Positions 13,720 to 28,461 are shown, numbered from the stretch's first letter. The stretch is 64,000 nt of DNA from Bigelowiella natans CCMP2755 (GCA_000320545.1 ADNK01000053.1:1-64000), one strand, 5' to 3'. Numbers and translations are program-made. The notes: generated by a model from the sequence alone, not told the origin.

Positions 13720-14779
13720 TGATAACAACGATCCTACTCTATAAGCGCTGGAAGGCAAGGGGAGAAGCACAAGGATATCTTTGTTAGATTTGTTTCAGCT
13801 GGGTTCTCTCCCTTTTCTGTTTGTTTTTTTTTTGTTTATCTCCTTCTACTACTACTTCTTCCTCTTCCTCTTCTTCTTCTATAATCTCGTTTTCTTCTGC
13901 ATTTTCATCGTTTCCTCCTGTTTTATCCTCCACAGTATCTCCAGCTACTGCAGATTCTTCCCCTGCTAGTGCTGTTCCTCTTCTCGGCTCTCTCAGGACC
14001 CTCCGCCGACGAAACACCGTTTAGGTGTGTGAATGAGGATGATGAATATGATGATCGTGATGATTATGGTGATAATGATAAGAATCCTGATGATAATGCT
14101 GCTGCTACTACTGGTGAGGATTGTGGGAGAAGGGCATTATTACCACAAAATAATCGTATTCTTGGTCGTGTTGTTTTATTGTTGTTGTGTTTGTGGTGGT
14201 GGTGGTGGTGTGTACGCTATAATAAGTTTGGCAAAGTCCGAGAGCTTTCCGGTCCCTCGCACAACGATGACCGGCACTCCATATTACGTCGGTTACAGAT
14301 TTCATAGCAGGTAAGAGGAGAGAAGAAGGGTCTGGGAGGTGGGGGTTGGAACAAAAATAAATGCATCTTCAACTACAGTATGGACTTCTGCCTGAAAAGG
14401 CTATTTTGTGCATGCACACTGCGCGCTTTCTCATCTGTATCTGCAAAAAAAAAATCATTCTCCGATCGTGTCTTCTTCGTGCCTCATTGTGGTGTTGTAT
14501 CTCTTATTGCTGCTGCTTCTCCTTCCTGCTGCCAAAAGATATGGCCACGACTCAAGAGCGCTGTATACAGTCGAAAGCATGGTGGATGAAGACTACTTCA
14601 GCCAGACAAACGACGCGTGTTTTCGCGAACGAAAAGAGAAAAAGAAGGCAATATCACGGGCGGAACGTTTATCGTCCGATGTTGATTCCAGAGAATATAC
14701 AGAGCAACTTGCGAATGCACATGCGATGCAGACCCCAAACTGCGACAAAATTGACGCGCTCTTGGATGTACGGGCCTAG
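11946..14779 (+). CDS. DNAJB12: DnaJ/Hsp40 co-chaperone, DNAJB12/DNAJB14-like (J domain, membrane segment, DUF1977-like C-terminus)
   Basis: N-terminus ARKCISRAQAYLRDGDLASARRMAEKSKRFHP. J domain YTPQQEKVVR..KDYYKLL..LAVQCHPDKNPHPGAEDAFKK..KRRTYDRFG. Then EEDLFHMFF, a hydrophobic segment, and C-terminus TPYYVG..VESMVDEDY..C..TPNCDKI. Confidence 0.88.
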
Positions 14780-15777
14780 AAGCATTTATCATTTCAGCTA
14801 CGAAGAACTTATCAAAAGCATCTGATTATCAATGTGCATTCATGCACACACGATGTCTAGATATATGACAGCAGCTATGTTGCACAATGATGGCTGCTTT
14901 CAATGTGTCACGGGGCACTTGTACTTAAGCTGCTGTGCGAAAACGTTGTTCTGTGTAGTAGATTCTACGGGTCGTGCTAGCTATGCTAGCGTGGGCCGGT
15001 TTCTCATGCGTGCTAGATTGACGCCTTTGACCTTCCGATGCACATTTCTAGATCTAATAGAGATGGCATGTGAGTAATAATAACACGACCTAGACGGCGT
15101 ATACAACCTAGCTAGACAATGCATTCAAGCGCACAGCATCAAATTTGCTGTATGGCACCATTTGTAGAGCTTGCTAGCTTGAGAGCATTGTTGACTGCCC
15201 CACTCAAAGTGCTCCTCATTACGATGCCATGCTAGATAGTACGAAACCCGGTGATCATCAAAGTTTAACACGCCATTTGTCATCGCGTGTTAGCGTGGCA
15301 GTCGTCTCAAATAAGGCTAGCACGTGTGTCTTATACTCAACCAATGATGCGCTGCTACTACAGCGCTATGACAGCGGTACGTGATCGGCCGCTATCTGTA
15401 ATCAGACTAATGATGTAATTTGAACGAACGAGTTTGAGACACGCGCATGTAAGGCAATATCGCGTTCTCTTCCGGATCTACAATGGCTGTCTACTAAACC
15501 TAGGCATAACTGAGACCGAAGCTTGCATGCTATACAGCAAGGACAGTACTCTAGTGCTGGCAATCGTCCTGCTTCGACAACGATTGACGCTATGTATCAG
15601 ATTCATGTTACATACAGCGCTCGGCACATTTTCAGACAAGAATTCACCCAGCAGCTCGCCGCCATCGATGGATAGGGGCTCACACTACTTCCACCAGCGG
15701 CAGTTTCTGCACAACCGGTGGGACTTCATGCTCCTTTTTCACCTGCTGCGTAGTCCTTATTAATCACAGCATCAGGG

Positions 15778-16348
15778 CTAGAAAGCTGGAACAGAACTGC
15801 CTTTGTCATCGTCACAACAGGCTGAAGGAGGAGGAGAAGGAGTCCCACCTGGGAGATTTATCATATCACTCGTCTTTTTCGCCTCTGCGGCTACTATCGG
15901 TGTTGCTGCTACTATGGCTGTTCTGCTGATGATTGTTGCCTTCGCATCGGTGTTATCACGGGATTCTTGTTGTTGCTCCCCTTCCCCTTCCTTCAAGACT
16001 TTCACCATCACTGCCCCCTCTTCCCTACTCGCATTTCCTCCGACTAAGACCCTGACATCAGTGACGGTAGTGACGATGGGTTGTTTGCCCCTGTTCGCGT
16101 CTGCTGGTATTATGGGAGGTGCAGAAGTGGGGGGGGGAGGGATACTGCGTCTTTGATTTCTCATATTCGGCATCATCGTGCGGGCTAGCTTGTACGAAGA
16201 CCTCGTCGTTACAGTCTCGCTCTAACGATGATTGGAATGATGGTGATGATGAGCTTCTGCGCACCACAGATTTGCTTTGGAACACGACTACGACGATGAC
16301 GAGATGATGGCGACGAGGATGGTGATGATATTGATGATGATAATGACG

Positions 16349-16379
<31 letters not shown>

Positions 16380-16794
16380 TGACGATGATGATGTTGTTGT
16401 GATAACGACGATTCGATTAATAACGATATTGCGAAATAATCATGAAGATACTATGTGGTGTTATTGAGAGACACAAAGAAAGAAGAGAGAGAGAGAGAGA
16501 GAGGGTGCTATCACTACCACCTCTTACCTCATAGAACAAGACTGTCGGCTGCCACTTCCCTGACAACAAACGCAGCGCAAACACAGCAGTGTTAGCCACC
16601 ATTGCAGGTATGAGGGCGGCAGCAGCAGAAAAGCAAAGAAACGATGATGGCAAATACTGCAAGCGAGCGTACCGATCATAACCACATAATTGATCGAAAT
16701 TATCATCATATATGGATGCATCCATGTCCACACACACACACACACACCTCTGACAGCTCGGTTAGCAAGATCTTTCCTAAATGATACACACACA

Positions 16795-16829
<35 letters not shown>

Positions 16830-19047
16830 GGGGGGGGGGGGGGAATAGAAGAAGGTAAAGAGATGAAGAAGAAGCAATATATGGGCGCAGAAATGAGTAT
16901 ACGAACAGGGAAACAGATAGGAAGAAGACCCCAGATACAATCACTCGCTAGTATCACACATTTTATCATCATCACGTTCCCCTCCCGACTTGTTTCATTA
17001 GGGTTAAGAAAGGAAGAGGAGGAGGAGGAGAGTGCTTGTGCATGCCTCCTAAAAAAGTGTTGTCTACATTGTTATTATTACTGACCACTTTCCGAGATCA
17101 GTGACCTTCTTGTCGTTCAGCAGCAACCAATGCTTACTACCATTGTAGTTGTAGTAGTAGCAGTAGTAGTAGTAGTTGTTGTTGTTATTGAGAGAATGAC
17201 CGATTGGCAGCAGCAGCAGCAGAAGGAGGAGAAGTAAAGGGGGAGGGCCATAAAAATAGATCAGGAAGATAACGAGATGATCATATGAGGGGTAGTGCTG
17301 AACGTTACGATGTTGGCGTCATCGTCGTAATCATAACGATGATATCGATGTTGATGACGACGATCAAAACTTCCTCGCTACTACCTACCTCTGGCTTAGA
17401 AATGTGGCGAAATAGTGCTTGCCGTAGTAAAGAATCATTCCTTTCTACGGAGGGGGGTGTGGGCAAAGGAAGAAGGGGTGGGGGATGGAGGGAGCATTGC
17501 AGATAAGAATAACGACACACTGCAGCTTGGCTTCGAATCTTGTGGTTTGCATTCCCCACGAGGCATCATCTTGCTATGCTATGAAGCGATGGAGATAGAT
17601 TTTTACTAGTTTTCTCGATAGATTAGCGCCATCATAAGCAACATGCATATGTTGGAAGGAAGCAACCCCGCTTGCCCTATTTCTTTTGGTCGGTGAGGAC
17701 CACAGTAATCCCCATCATCACCACCATCATCATCAGATGCCGTATTATTCACACCCTCTTTGCAGAGTGGAGTTTTGCAGCTACTGCTGTGTCTTTGCCA
17801 CGCTTAATACTACAAATACCTTCGCCCCCCCCCCCCCCCGACCCATTCTCTGCTATTTACGAGAAGATTCCTCACCAGCTGAAGCGAACGGCCCTTGCGT
17901 GTTGCCCTCAAGGTGAGTGGGGAACGACACCAGCCTTTACAAGTTAGTAAGTACAACGTGTAAATTACAAATATGCACTCTTGGTTTTCGTGAAATAGAT
18001 GTGTAATAATATCGCAAAAAGAAGGGCGATAATCTACTCCGCAACGATGGCATTTACAAATTAAGAAGAACGGAATCAATGCTGTATAATGATGGAGGAC
18101 TCAGATGAGGACTTTCTTTTTTTCTTCTTTTTCCTCCTCCCCCCCCCCCCCTCTCCCTCTCTCGTCACTTTTGAAGGTCTATTTTTCCTGGCAGTGCTTG
18201 TAGCATACGCTCGATTTGCTGCGTAATAAGAGTCAAGCAGGCATGGTCGGTCACAATCGAGAAGAAGAAGATGATGATGATGATGATGACGAAAAACAAG
18301 AAGAAGAAGAAGAAAAGGAAGAAGGACTTTTATGATAATGATGAGCGAGGACGTTCTTGAATAGAGATGAAATGATGGTGCAGCAACGTGGTAATGGTGA
18401 GTAGCATAATTCCGAGTATATCATATCAAATCATATTAGAATGAATCCATGAATGTGCAACCTGTTTTGACGGCTGTGAAGGCCACGTGACGTTGAGAGC
18501 AAACGTATCTTATGGAGACACACAATCACATAAACACGCAAACACACACACACACGCAATCATCACATCAACGTTACGCCTCTTGGCTACTACTATTAAT
18601 ATCATATGATGACCTGGAAAACCAAGGCACCATCTTCGAATGAATGCCCTTCCTTTGCACGATGACAATGATGGCCTCTGCGCAGGTGGTGGGGGGGGGG
18701 GCGGTGGTAGGGGAGGTGATGCTGAAGAAGATGAAGAAGCATCGAGTCGAAGTCGAACGTGCAGCATTCCTCTCTTGTTCCGATGCTGCTGCTGTGAATC
18801 GCTCTTATCATTATTACTATTCTCATTCTTGTCGTTGTTAAGATCTTGTTTGCTATTGATATTATTGTTGTGGCTGCAAATATGGCCCTCCGGTCTTCGT
18901 ATTATATCGTCGTTCACTTTGACGTCGCCCTTCGCGCCGTTGTTATCGTTATGAATCTTTCTATCGTGGCTGCTGTCATCTACGTCGTTGCCGGGGCAGG
19001 AGTAGCTGCGCGCCCTCCACTCGGATCTGATTGTATATTTGCTTTCG

Positions 19048-19083
<36 letters not shown>

Positions 19084-19230
19084 CAAAATTGATCATGGTG
19101 AGAAAATGCTGAATGAAGTAATGGAGATGACAATATAAAAATCATGTATCATACAAACGAAGTTACCAAAAGTACCTATTTTTAGGAACAAATAGTACTA
19201 CGTCGTTCCCCCTATATATTATTTCGTACG

Positions 19231-19264
<34 letters not shown>

Positions 19265-19374
19265 GGTCATCGTTTCTGTTGCGCGCCACGCTAGTCCTCC
19301 CCATCCTCTCTCTCACCGTATGCAGTCGTAAAATGACTTGAATCTCCCTTTTTTTGCCGCAGAGACATAGAATA

Positions 19375-19407
<33 letters not shown>

Positions 19408-19472
19408 GAGAGAGAGAGAGAGAGAGGGAGAGAGAGAGAGAGAGAGAGAGAGATTTATATCAATTTATTGCT

Positions 19473-19504
<32 letters not shown>

Positions 19505-19819
19505 TCCATCCCAAGTACCTAGACCTAAAGCATTTCTGTTAATATTTTGTTTACTTCTCAGGCGACTCTGCTGCAAATCATCATCATCATCACCATCATC
19601 ATCACCATCATCCTCATGCTCAACACGCCCACCTTTGGAGTAGAGGGAGGAAGCGTATATATTGAAGATAAATGAGTTGTCAATGACGGGATCGGACGTA
19701 GCCCCGCATGCTCTGCATACCTGATGACCCCAAGAACAAACAACAGAAAGTGGTTTCTTGGAACATATATATCGTAGATGTACATGAATTATCAGAAATA
19801 TTATATGTGATGTAGACTC

Positions 19820-19858
<39 letters not shown>

Positions 19859-19868
19859 TCTTTCTCAC

Positions 19869-19909
<41 letters not shown>

Positions 19910-20376
19910 CAAATCATCCCTAGAAGTAAGCAACTGACTACTACCTTCTGATCCATCATCTGAGCTCCAAAGGTTGCCTGCACACGGTGACAAAGCACAA
20001 CCACCACCGAGAGAGTCAATCCAACCTCACACACCGAAGCGATCTTATCGTATGCTCATGCAAAATCTTCACCATGCTTAATCATCTACATTCAGCACGA
20101 ACATCGGCAGTCATGACAAACTACACATTTTCTGGGGATAAGAACACCTATGATGATTTCTGCTAAGGAGAGCATCATCGACGCGCAGTATTTTCTCTCT
20201 ATTCCGTGCGCTGCTAGCTACTACTAACGACTTCAGTCGATGCTCGGTGATGTTTGTGTGGTTTGGTGGTGCTGTCTCCTCCTCCTTACGTGCGATATGC
20301 AGGGCGGCGTGCAAGCGATCTCGTCGTACTTTGCGACATCTATTATGCCGCTGTGATCACAGTGCATCAACCTGTG

Positions 20377-20416
<40 letters not shown>

Positions 20417-20912
20417 TGTAAAATATCTGTGCTGTCTCTCCTTCCTCTACCAGTACGATGATCTTTGCAGGAAACGCTCGCATCTTCTCCTTCTCTCTTG
20501 CCCCCCCCCCCCCGCACTCCGATTTCACAGGTCGACAATTACTTGAGTATTTCGTCTAAGCACTCGGAGGCATCTGCCATTTGTTGCAACTGAAATCTGA
20601 AAGAGGCGAAGATGAAGGAAAAGTGGAAATGGAGGGGGAAGAGGACGAAGATGAAACCATCTAGTGATCATTTCTTGCCTACGACACGATATCGCTAGTA
20701 TGCATGCTGTTTAGAATACACCACAGAATTCTCCCCATTTTTCATTGGTCTTCGGAATGACAGTGTTGCTGCTTTGATGATCGTTAACAATCATCGTTGT
20801 CTTCACGGCATTGCTTCCAAATCAAACGTTGGTTCGCGGTTATTATCGTCATTTCATCATTATCATGATGACGATTTTGCTAGCAGTATGAGAAAATGCA
20901 CGGCGAGGGCCG

Positions 20913-20947
<35 letters not shown>

Positions 20948-21153
20948 CTGAGATCGGACTTATAAATCTCGCTCAAAGCGCTTCGAAGAGTCTCAGGAGG
21001 AATTACGGCTCCCTCACCAAACTAATTTATAATCAAGACTACTTGGTGAGGAGCACCTTCAACGCAGTAGCAGCATCGTATAGGCACTGTATGAAGGTGT
21101 AGACGACTGTGTGTATGTGTGTGAATACCACACACTCGTGCGCATTTATAAGT

Positions 21154-21207
<54 letters not shown>

Positions 21208-22210
21208 TCTCAATAATATATACATATATAATATCTGATGCAAGACGCTATGCGATTGAGCAATCTCTTCTTTCTATACCCATGATCGATCTCACACACT
21301 CACCAACTACTACACCACCATCTCCCCACCTTATACATTGTGAAAATGGTTCGGAGGGCACAGAAGGCACATGGTTTCCTGAAGGTTAATTATAATAAAA
21401 ATAATAATAATAATAATTAGTGCCGTGCTGTCGCTTCGTTTCACGTAAAAGGCCACACTAGTGTCACAAAAAGCCCAGGACGTGGCGCCGTTCTTTTCTG
21501 TGCTGTTTGAGAAAAACCTTGAAATACGAACAGCATATTCGAATTTGCGCAACATTACCTGAGGCAAGAGTGCGTGTAGTCCAGAGAGAGGAATCTCTCG
21601 CGAAAGCTTCTACGAAGTTCGAAGGAGGAGGAGGAGGAGGAGGGGGGGGGGGGGGAGGAGGAAGGAGATCAGGAAATATCAAATGAAGAAAGAAAGATAG
21701 GATGGCCATGCGACGATGCGAAGCATATAAAAATTCAAGCTTCTGGGTGCTGCAAATAATGATGAAGAGAAGAGGCGAGGAGGAGGAGGAGGAGGAGAGG
21801 AGGAGGAGGACGAGGAAGGGGAAGGATAATACGAAGAGAATAATGGATGCACATGAATTATATCATACCGAAGGTGCCAAAGCGATTGAATTACGACATT
21901 TAGGAAGCAATGATAGAGACCAGTGTCATTGTGTAGGCCCTACTTGCGTTACCATATCAAAAAGAAGGAAGGGTAGGGTAAAGGAGGGGGGAGGGGAGGG
22001 GGGAGGAGGAAGTATCAGTGGGAAGACGATTAAGGGTCTTCTTTTCGTTCGAAGCGCGTCGGTAAATGCGACTCTTCACTTTACACAATCGTGAATATGC
22101 GAGATACACACGGAAACGAGATCCCGAAATGAAGGTCAACTTCCGACCTTGTGGACTTCTCCAGCCGAGGCGGATGAAGAGGGGGCAGGGCGTTGAGGGA
22201 TCTGCCCCAT
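15778..22210 (-). CDS. Ubiquitin-specific protease (peptidase C19), USP53/USP54-like, multi-exon
   Basis: Cys box GLHNDTGLYHCFLNVVIQSLWHLRSFRE, then CAFCALRTIF, FQLQQMADASECLDEIL, CISHATFG, VCRACGATSDP, His box MILYYGKHYFATF, WLLLNDKKV and GKWQPTVLFYE, followed by a low-complexity tail. Confidence 0.9.
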
Positions 22211-22664
22211 TCTTATGATGGCCCTTATGTCCCGTTTGTCTTCTCACAGTTTGTTTCTCTTTCTCCTCAGGCTCTTTCCCCGGCTGCCAGCGGGCAAGTA
22301 GTGCTTCGGATGAGGAGGGGGCGGAGGAGACGATGACGTCTTCCGAAAGGCTATTTTCAGACAGAAAATATAGACCAAAAATAATACCAGTAATATCTAA
22401 AATATGTTCTTCCAATTTTGATTTATCACGAGAACATCTACAAGAACACCCCCCTCCATTCAGTCATTTACTCATCCGAAGAATATCCATATATCTGAGG
22501 TCCTTCCAAGGAAGGATGGAGGATTTGGAGCGAATAAGAAGACACAAACAACCGTTGCTTGTTGCAATTTCGTAGCAAATACGGCAAATTATCGTTGTTT
22601 TTGGTATGAAAACGCCTGTGTTTCGGGGAACAAGCGGTGCAGATTCCAGAAGCTGAGAGCAGTA

Positions 22665-23756
22665 ATGGCGCATCGCCAAGGTCTGCAGCGGGCAAGAAAC
22701 TTGTGTATTGTGTGCGCTGCGGTGGAGGGGGGGGGCGTGTATTTTGATGGAGTTGGATCCAGTTCACTCTCCGTACTGCTCCCCACGCAGGGGTGTTACC
22801 ATGTTGCGTTGATGACGCACAAGCTACGATTTCAACGTGCTGTGCTGCCGCGTCATGGGCTGTAATTTTAGATCTTCCTTTCTCCTCACTTCGCTGTTTG
22901 GACTTAGGTACCGGGAGCGCAATTGCGCCCGATCCAAGTTGCCTCATCACTTCTTCCAATGGAATCCGTATGATGCCGCGAATTTGCAAGTTTTACGTCG
23001 AGCTCTTCACCGGCAGCGCCCATGACGACGACGGCGACGACACGAAGGTCAGGAGGGGTGATAGGCTCCTGCGATTTGCGTACAAAACTCATCGAATATG
23101 AACGATGAGATATGTAGGGATGGGGAGGGGTGTTGATATATACAGCCCGTATTTTGAATCCGCGGAATGTCGTAACTTTTGCTCTGTGTTCACGCAGATG
23201 AGGGGGGATGGCAACAGCGCCAGGTCCCCTCTAGCGAAGGCCATTGAAGACCTGGGCTATGATTTCTTAGTACTGAAGCTAAAGCCTGCACACGAAGCTA
23301 CTCTGCAGAAGCTGATTCGCTCGCACAAGGTAATCACGATTGGTATTATTGATGATATCTAGATATTGATAATGACAATAACCTTGAAAATCATTCCTTT
23401 ACTCTTCCTCCCCCCCCCCTCTTCCCCAGGAAACACGACGAGGAGAGGGTATTGTCCGAGAATTATTGCTGACGTGTTCGTTGCGCGCGGCAGATTCGTC
23501 GAATCGGGCGGTGCAAAGGAACGCTTTCTCGACTCTCCACACAATTCTCTATGCGGTGCTACATCATGCCGTGCCACGGGTGAGTGAAAAGCTACTAGTA
23601 ACACATCGTAATCGATCATGCGATCTTTGCGTATAACACTGGGTTTCTTCGGGAAGAGATTTCTGAGTGCTCACTGTGCATTCCCTTCGTGTTTAGTACT
23701 AGCTGAGAAAGGACAAAATATGACAATATCATCGATTACTCTCATCAGATGTTATG

Positions 23757-23801
<45 letters not shown>

Positions 23802-24424
23802 CTCATGTCACACAGGCACGACCTCTCGATGCCCTAGAGCTTATACTATGGCGTGGACGTGGTGCCAACTATGTGCGTGGAGTGCTGCAGACCGTGTGCA
23901 GCGCGCTGAAAGACCCGGAAATTCCGCACGATTCTCTCGACGCGGCGCTCAAAGTCATAATCGCCATTGCTAGTGCATCCATCAACCTTCACCAAAATCC
24001 ACTCCTCGAGCTTCTATACACCGAGAAGGTAGCAGTAGTAGTAGTAGCAGCAGTAGTAGTCAATACCTGCTTGCATGCTGATATTGTCAAGTTGCTTGAA
24101 CCTACTGCCGCGGCTGCGGCTGCTGCTGCTACTCTCCGCCCCGTATTCATAAAAACACTTCCTCCTCCGTGTTGTTTGTCTACTACTATCAATCAGGTTT
24201 TTAACGTCCTTATGGCATTGCTTACGACGGAGAAAAAGATGAATGTCCTCCCAATATCGGCTCGAGTTAAGATTCTGGTATTAGTCATCATATACGAGTT
24301 GTGGGTGGTGGTGGTGGTGGTGGATTTTAATATCTGCTGCGACATTGCTCCTTCTCCTTTCTTCGGTGTGTCAGTAGCAGAACGAGTAGTCATACAACAC
24401 TCGATGGAAGAAAATTGGTTCTCG

Positions 24425-24461
<37 letters not shown>

Positions 24462-24658
24462 ATATCCTGTATATATCGTGCGCATTGTGTGATATATGCA
24501 TGCACCATCAGGTGATCTTGGTCCCAATGATACATTTCAAGCGATTCGAGGCTCATAATTCCGGCTTAGAGGTGTACTATCTTGTGGGGAGGGGGTGCAT
24601 GGACCTATGTGTGTGAGCTCTGTTCTCCTTATTAAGCGTCAATGCTCCTACCCCCACA

Positions 24659-24690
<32 letters not shown>

Positions 24691-26718
24691 CCATCCGCTT
24701 ATTACCTGATCAGGTGATATCGAAACGGCTCTCTTCGAGCCAGCTTGGGTCATTCAATGCGTGCCTGTCATCGGTTCTGCGACTAGTCCAACACCTTTTT
24801 GCCGATCTACCCGAGCCCTCCCTAGCTGCCATTGAGGCGGCAACAGCTGCTACTGCTGCTTCTTCTTCTGCCGAGAAGAGCAGGAAGAAGAAGGAGGAGG
24901 AAGAAAAGAAGAAGGGAGCGAGTGAGGGGGGGGGGGGAGGGACTCATCACAGCGATGACACTACGAGCAAAGAATCCCTCCTTCCACCTAAGGGAGAAGA
25001 TGCCGATAAGCACTCGAAATCATCGACAACAACGCTTGAAGAGAAGAAGGGTAGTAGTAGTCAGTAGCAGCATTGACTACTGTGAGAATAGCAGCAGCAG
25101 CAGCAGCACACATTCATCCACCCCCCTGCTAAAGTGCTGGACATCATTACTTTGCCTTCTTCTTCTTTTTCTTTTTCTTCTCCCTCTTGTTGATTGCAGG
25201 CCCCCCCCCCCCCCCCCCTTCCTCCTCCATCTCATTTTTCTCTTGTTGGTATTGTTGTGGTTTTGTTCTTTCAGCTAAGAACCAGAACCATTTAGTTACC
25301 CAGCAGCAGCAGCAGCAGCAGCAGCCCATATCAACGTACGTTGCAATGATGGCAGTGGTGACATTGCTGCTGCTGCTGATGATGATGATGATGAATGAGC
25401 AGATTAGGAAGCATGCGGAAAGTTGTATAGCGTTTTTCTTCGTAATCTCACGAAGCGACTACCTCCACATACCACAGATTCAGCCGATCACGCCACGTGG
25501 TGTCCCCCTCTCCATTTGGGTCGTCTTTCTCGTCTGGATTAAGTGCTATTGCCGGTAGTAACAGCACCGCAGCAGTAGTAGGGGGTGGGGGGGGATCAGA
25601 ACTACGGAACAATCACGTGTTCGTGGAGTAGTGTTTGCCATGGAGAGCTGCTTTGATGTTGTTGCAGCACCTCATTCTGTTCACGGTCGTCGCATTTTCC
25701 CCTTTAACTGAAGCTTTTTGAATTCATTATTTCATCCATACATGTGAGTATGTGTATACACATATATAATAGGGTTGCTGGGCACGCTGATGGAATCGGA
25801 TCCTGTGCCTACCCACACAAGAAAGATGCAATCGGCGAGGAGGAAGAAGATCATCGCGGGTGGGGAAAGAGTCTCCTCCATTTCGAGCAGGAGCAGCACA
25901 AGGGAGAACACTAATCATCGGCAGCTGAACGCCGACGGCAGGATGAGCACTGAGAAGTGCTTTCGCAGGGCGAGGCAAAGCGTCGTGGACCTGTCTCTCT
26001 TCCTGCTGCACGTAATGGTGCGCGACAACAAGAAGTACCTCATTCGAGTGGCCAAGATCGCTAGACTGCCCCCAACCAAGAAAAGGAAGAAGAAAAAGAA
26101 GAATGATAGAGAGAAGAAGGAAAAGCGTCAAGAATCATCATCATCATCATCGTCGTCGTCGTCTCTCCCCACCCCCCCCCCTGCGCCCCCAGCTGTAGCT
26201 CCCACGTGTCCCGCAACGATCGTCGAGCAATATCTCTCCCTTTGCTCCGTGATTATGCAGCAGCCTCTCCGCCCACGGGCCCTCTTATCTATGAAGGTGA
26301 TGGCACGTTTTGACAGGAGAAGAGAAGAGAGAAGAGAAAGGGGAAGGATGATGATATGAAGAGGGAGTGGAGGATGGTTTCTTAGCTCTCGCCAATTTAT
26401 TCTTGTTAGTATGGACAATTCTCATGAATAATCTCTCTCTATCTCTCTCGCCCTGTCTTTCACACATACACACACACACACACACACTCACACTCACACT
26501 CATTGCTACTGCATTTCCTTCATTTTCTTCTTCTTCCTCTCCTTCTTCTTCCTAGCTCTGTCTAGCTGTTGCGCACCAGATGTCACAAGACACACCGTCA
26601 AACGTGGTGCTATTCTCCATGAAGCCTGACAAATCCCTACGATGTGCGGACCTGCTCACCTTCAAACGAAATGCCGCCGCTGGGGTTCTACTGCAAACAC
26701 ACATATACAAAAGATGGA

Positions 26719-26760
<42 letters not shown>

Positions 26761-28461
26761 TGTGTGTGTGTGTGTGAGTGTATCTACTTATATTCGATAT
26801 TCACAAAATATTTGCCATCCTCACGAATGACTTTTTACCCCGTACGCGTCGTCGTGTAAACATTTCTTGGCGCCGCCTCAGGAGGTCCTGGGCGGTGCAG
26901 CAAGCGACTACGAGATCAAAACTGCTGCATCTAGAGCAGGAAAGTGGGTAAGAGTCTTCGCCAGCACACATCAGGAGAATAGTGCTCTCATCACTTCGGC
27001 CAGGAACACCAGTAGAGCAGTAGCACCGACAACGAAAGCGCCCTCACCGCCTCCATTAATCTGCGAGCTGTTTTCGTCAGTGATGGGGTTCTTCCGGAGG
27101 CAAATACCGCAGCTGGCGCGACTGAGCGACAACGTGGCCAACACGCTGGTCGTGCTTCTGGATGTTCTCTACCGCCATTTCACGTATCAGCTCCACGCGC
27201 GTGTTGAGCCGGAGGCGCGGCACGCAATGGCCAACATTTACGCCGACCTTGGATGCCTGCTGATTGATATGATTGTCGCCTTAGGAAATGTACCTGCACT
27301 AGCTCGGAATAGTAGTAGCAGCAGTAGTAGTAATAGTAGTAGTAGTAGTAGTAGTAGTAGCAGCAGTAAAAGCAGTAACCAGAAGGCGAAAACGGGAGTA
27401 GCGACGAGCGGAGACTCCGCCCCACCCCTTCTGCAGACGTTGTACCAATCTAGCCACTTCCTGCACTTGCTGCTATGCGTCAGGGATAAGGTATTGCTCG
27501 ATGATGACGATGATGACGACGACGACGACGAGAGTAGCGATGATGATGGCAATGATGATGATCATCACACCGATGGCAAGACTCAAGAAAATGGAGGCAG
27601 CAGCAGCAGCAGCAGCAACAACTCTACTATCAGCGGCAGCTTCTTTGGGTGGGGAGGCCGAACCGCTACTCCGGATGCATCGACGAGCACAGCGACGAAG
27701 AAATCGGAAAAGAAAAAGAAGAAAAAGATGATGAAGAAGCAAAAAAGGAGTAGCGCCAAGGCGCATAGCAGCAGTGGCGGCAGCACAAGGCCTGTGACAC
27801 GCGTGCTCTTCGAATTGACTCGCAACGAACCCGAACTCGCACGTGTGAAAGAGCGTCTTAAATGGTCGCCTATTGTGCAGGAGGAGCTGTCTGCAATCGC
27901 CAGCGCCGCCGCGAATCTAGAAAGAGCATTTGATGAGAAAACGGGCTATACCACCACCACCACCACCACTCCTCCAAAGGACACGCCGGTGAGCAACAAG
28001 CGCATGCACGAGTGATAGATAGATAGATAGATAGAAGGAAGGAGAGAGTGTGAGATCGGCGAAAACAGGACCTTTTATATTCAATATCTGCTGCCTGCTA
28101 TCGATGAGGGGGGGAGGAGGGAGAGACAGAGAGAGAGAGGGAGAGAGAGGTGGAAGAAAAGGGGGAGGCAGGAGCGTGTTGTGCGGACCATATTCTCATC
28201 GTTGATGTGATGTGATGTGGTGTGTGTGGGGGGGGGGGGGGGGTTGCAGGCCTCTGGTGAAGGAATAGACAAGAAAAATGCGAAAGCGATCGTAGTACCT
28301 AGCCCAAGAAATTGGGGGCACGGTTGTATTAGTAGCATTTGTTTGTTGTTGTTGCGAAGTTACTGTTGTTGGTCAGTGGGGGGAGCAAGTAGTGGTGAGA
28401 ATAACGAAAAATGATGCTGGTTGCAAAGCCAGCAAAGCCTCCCAGTTTTCCCCATCGCCCT

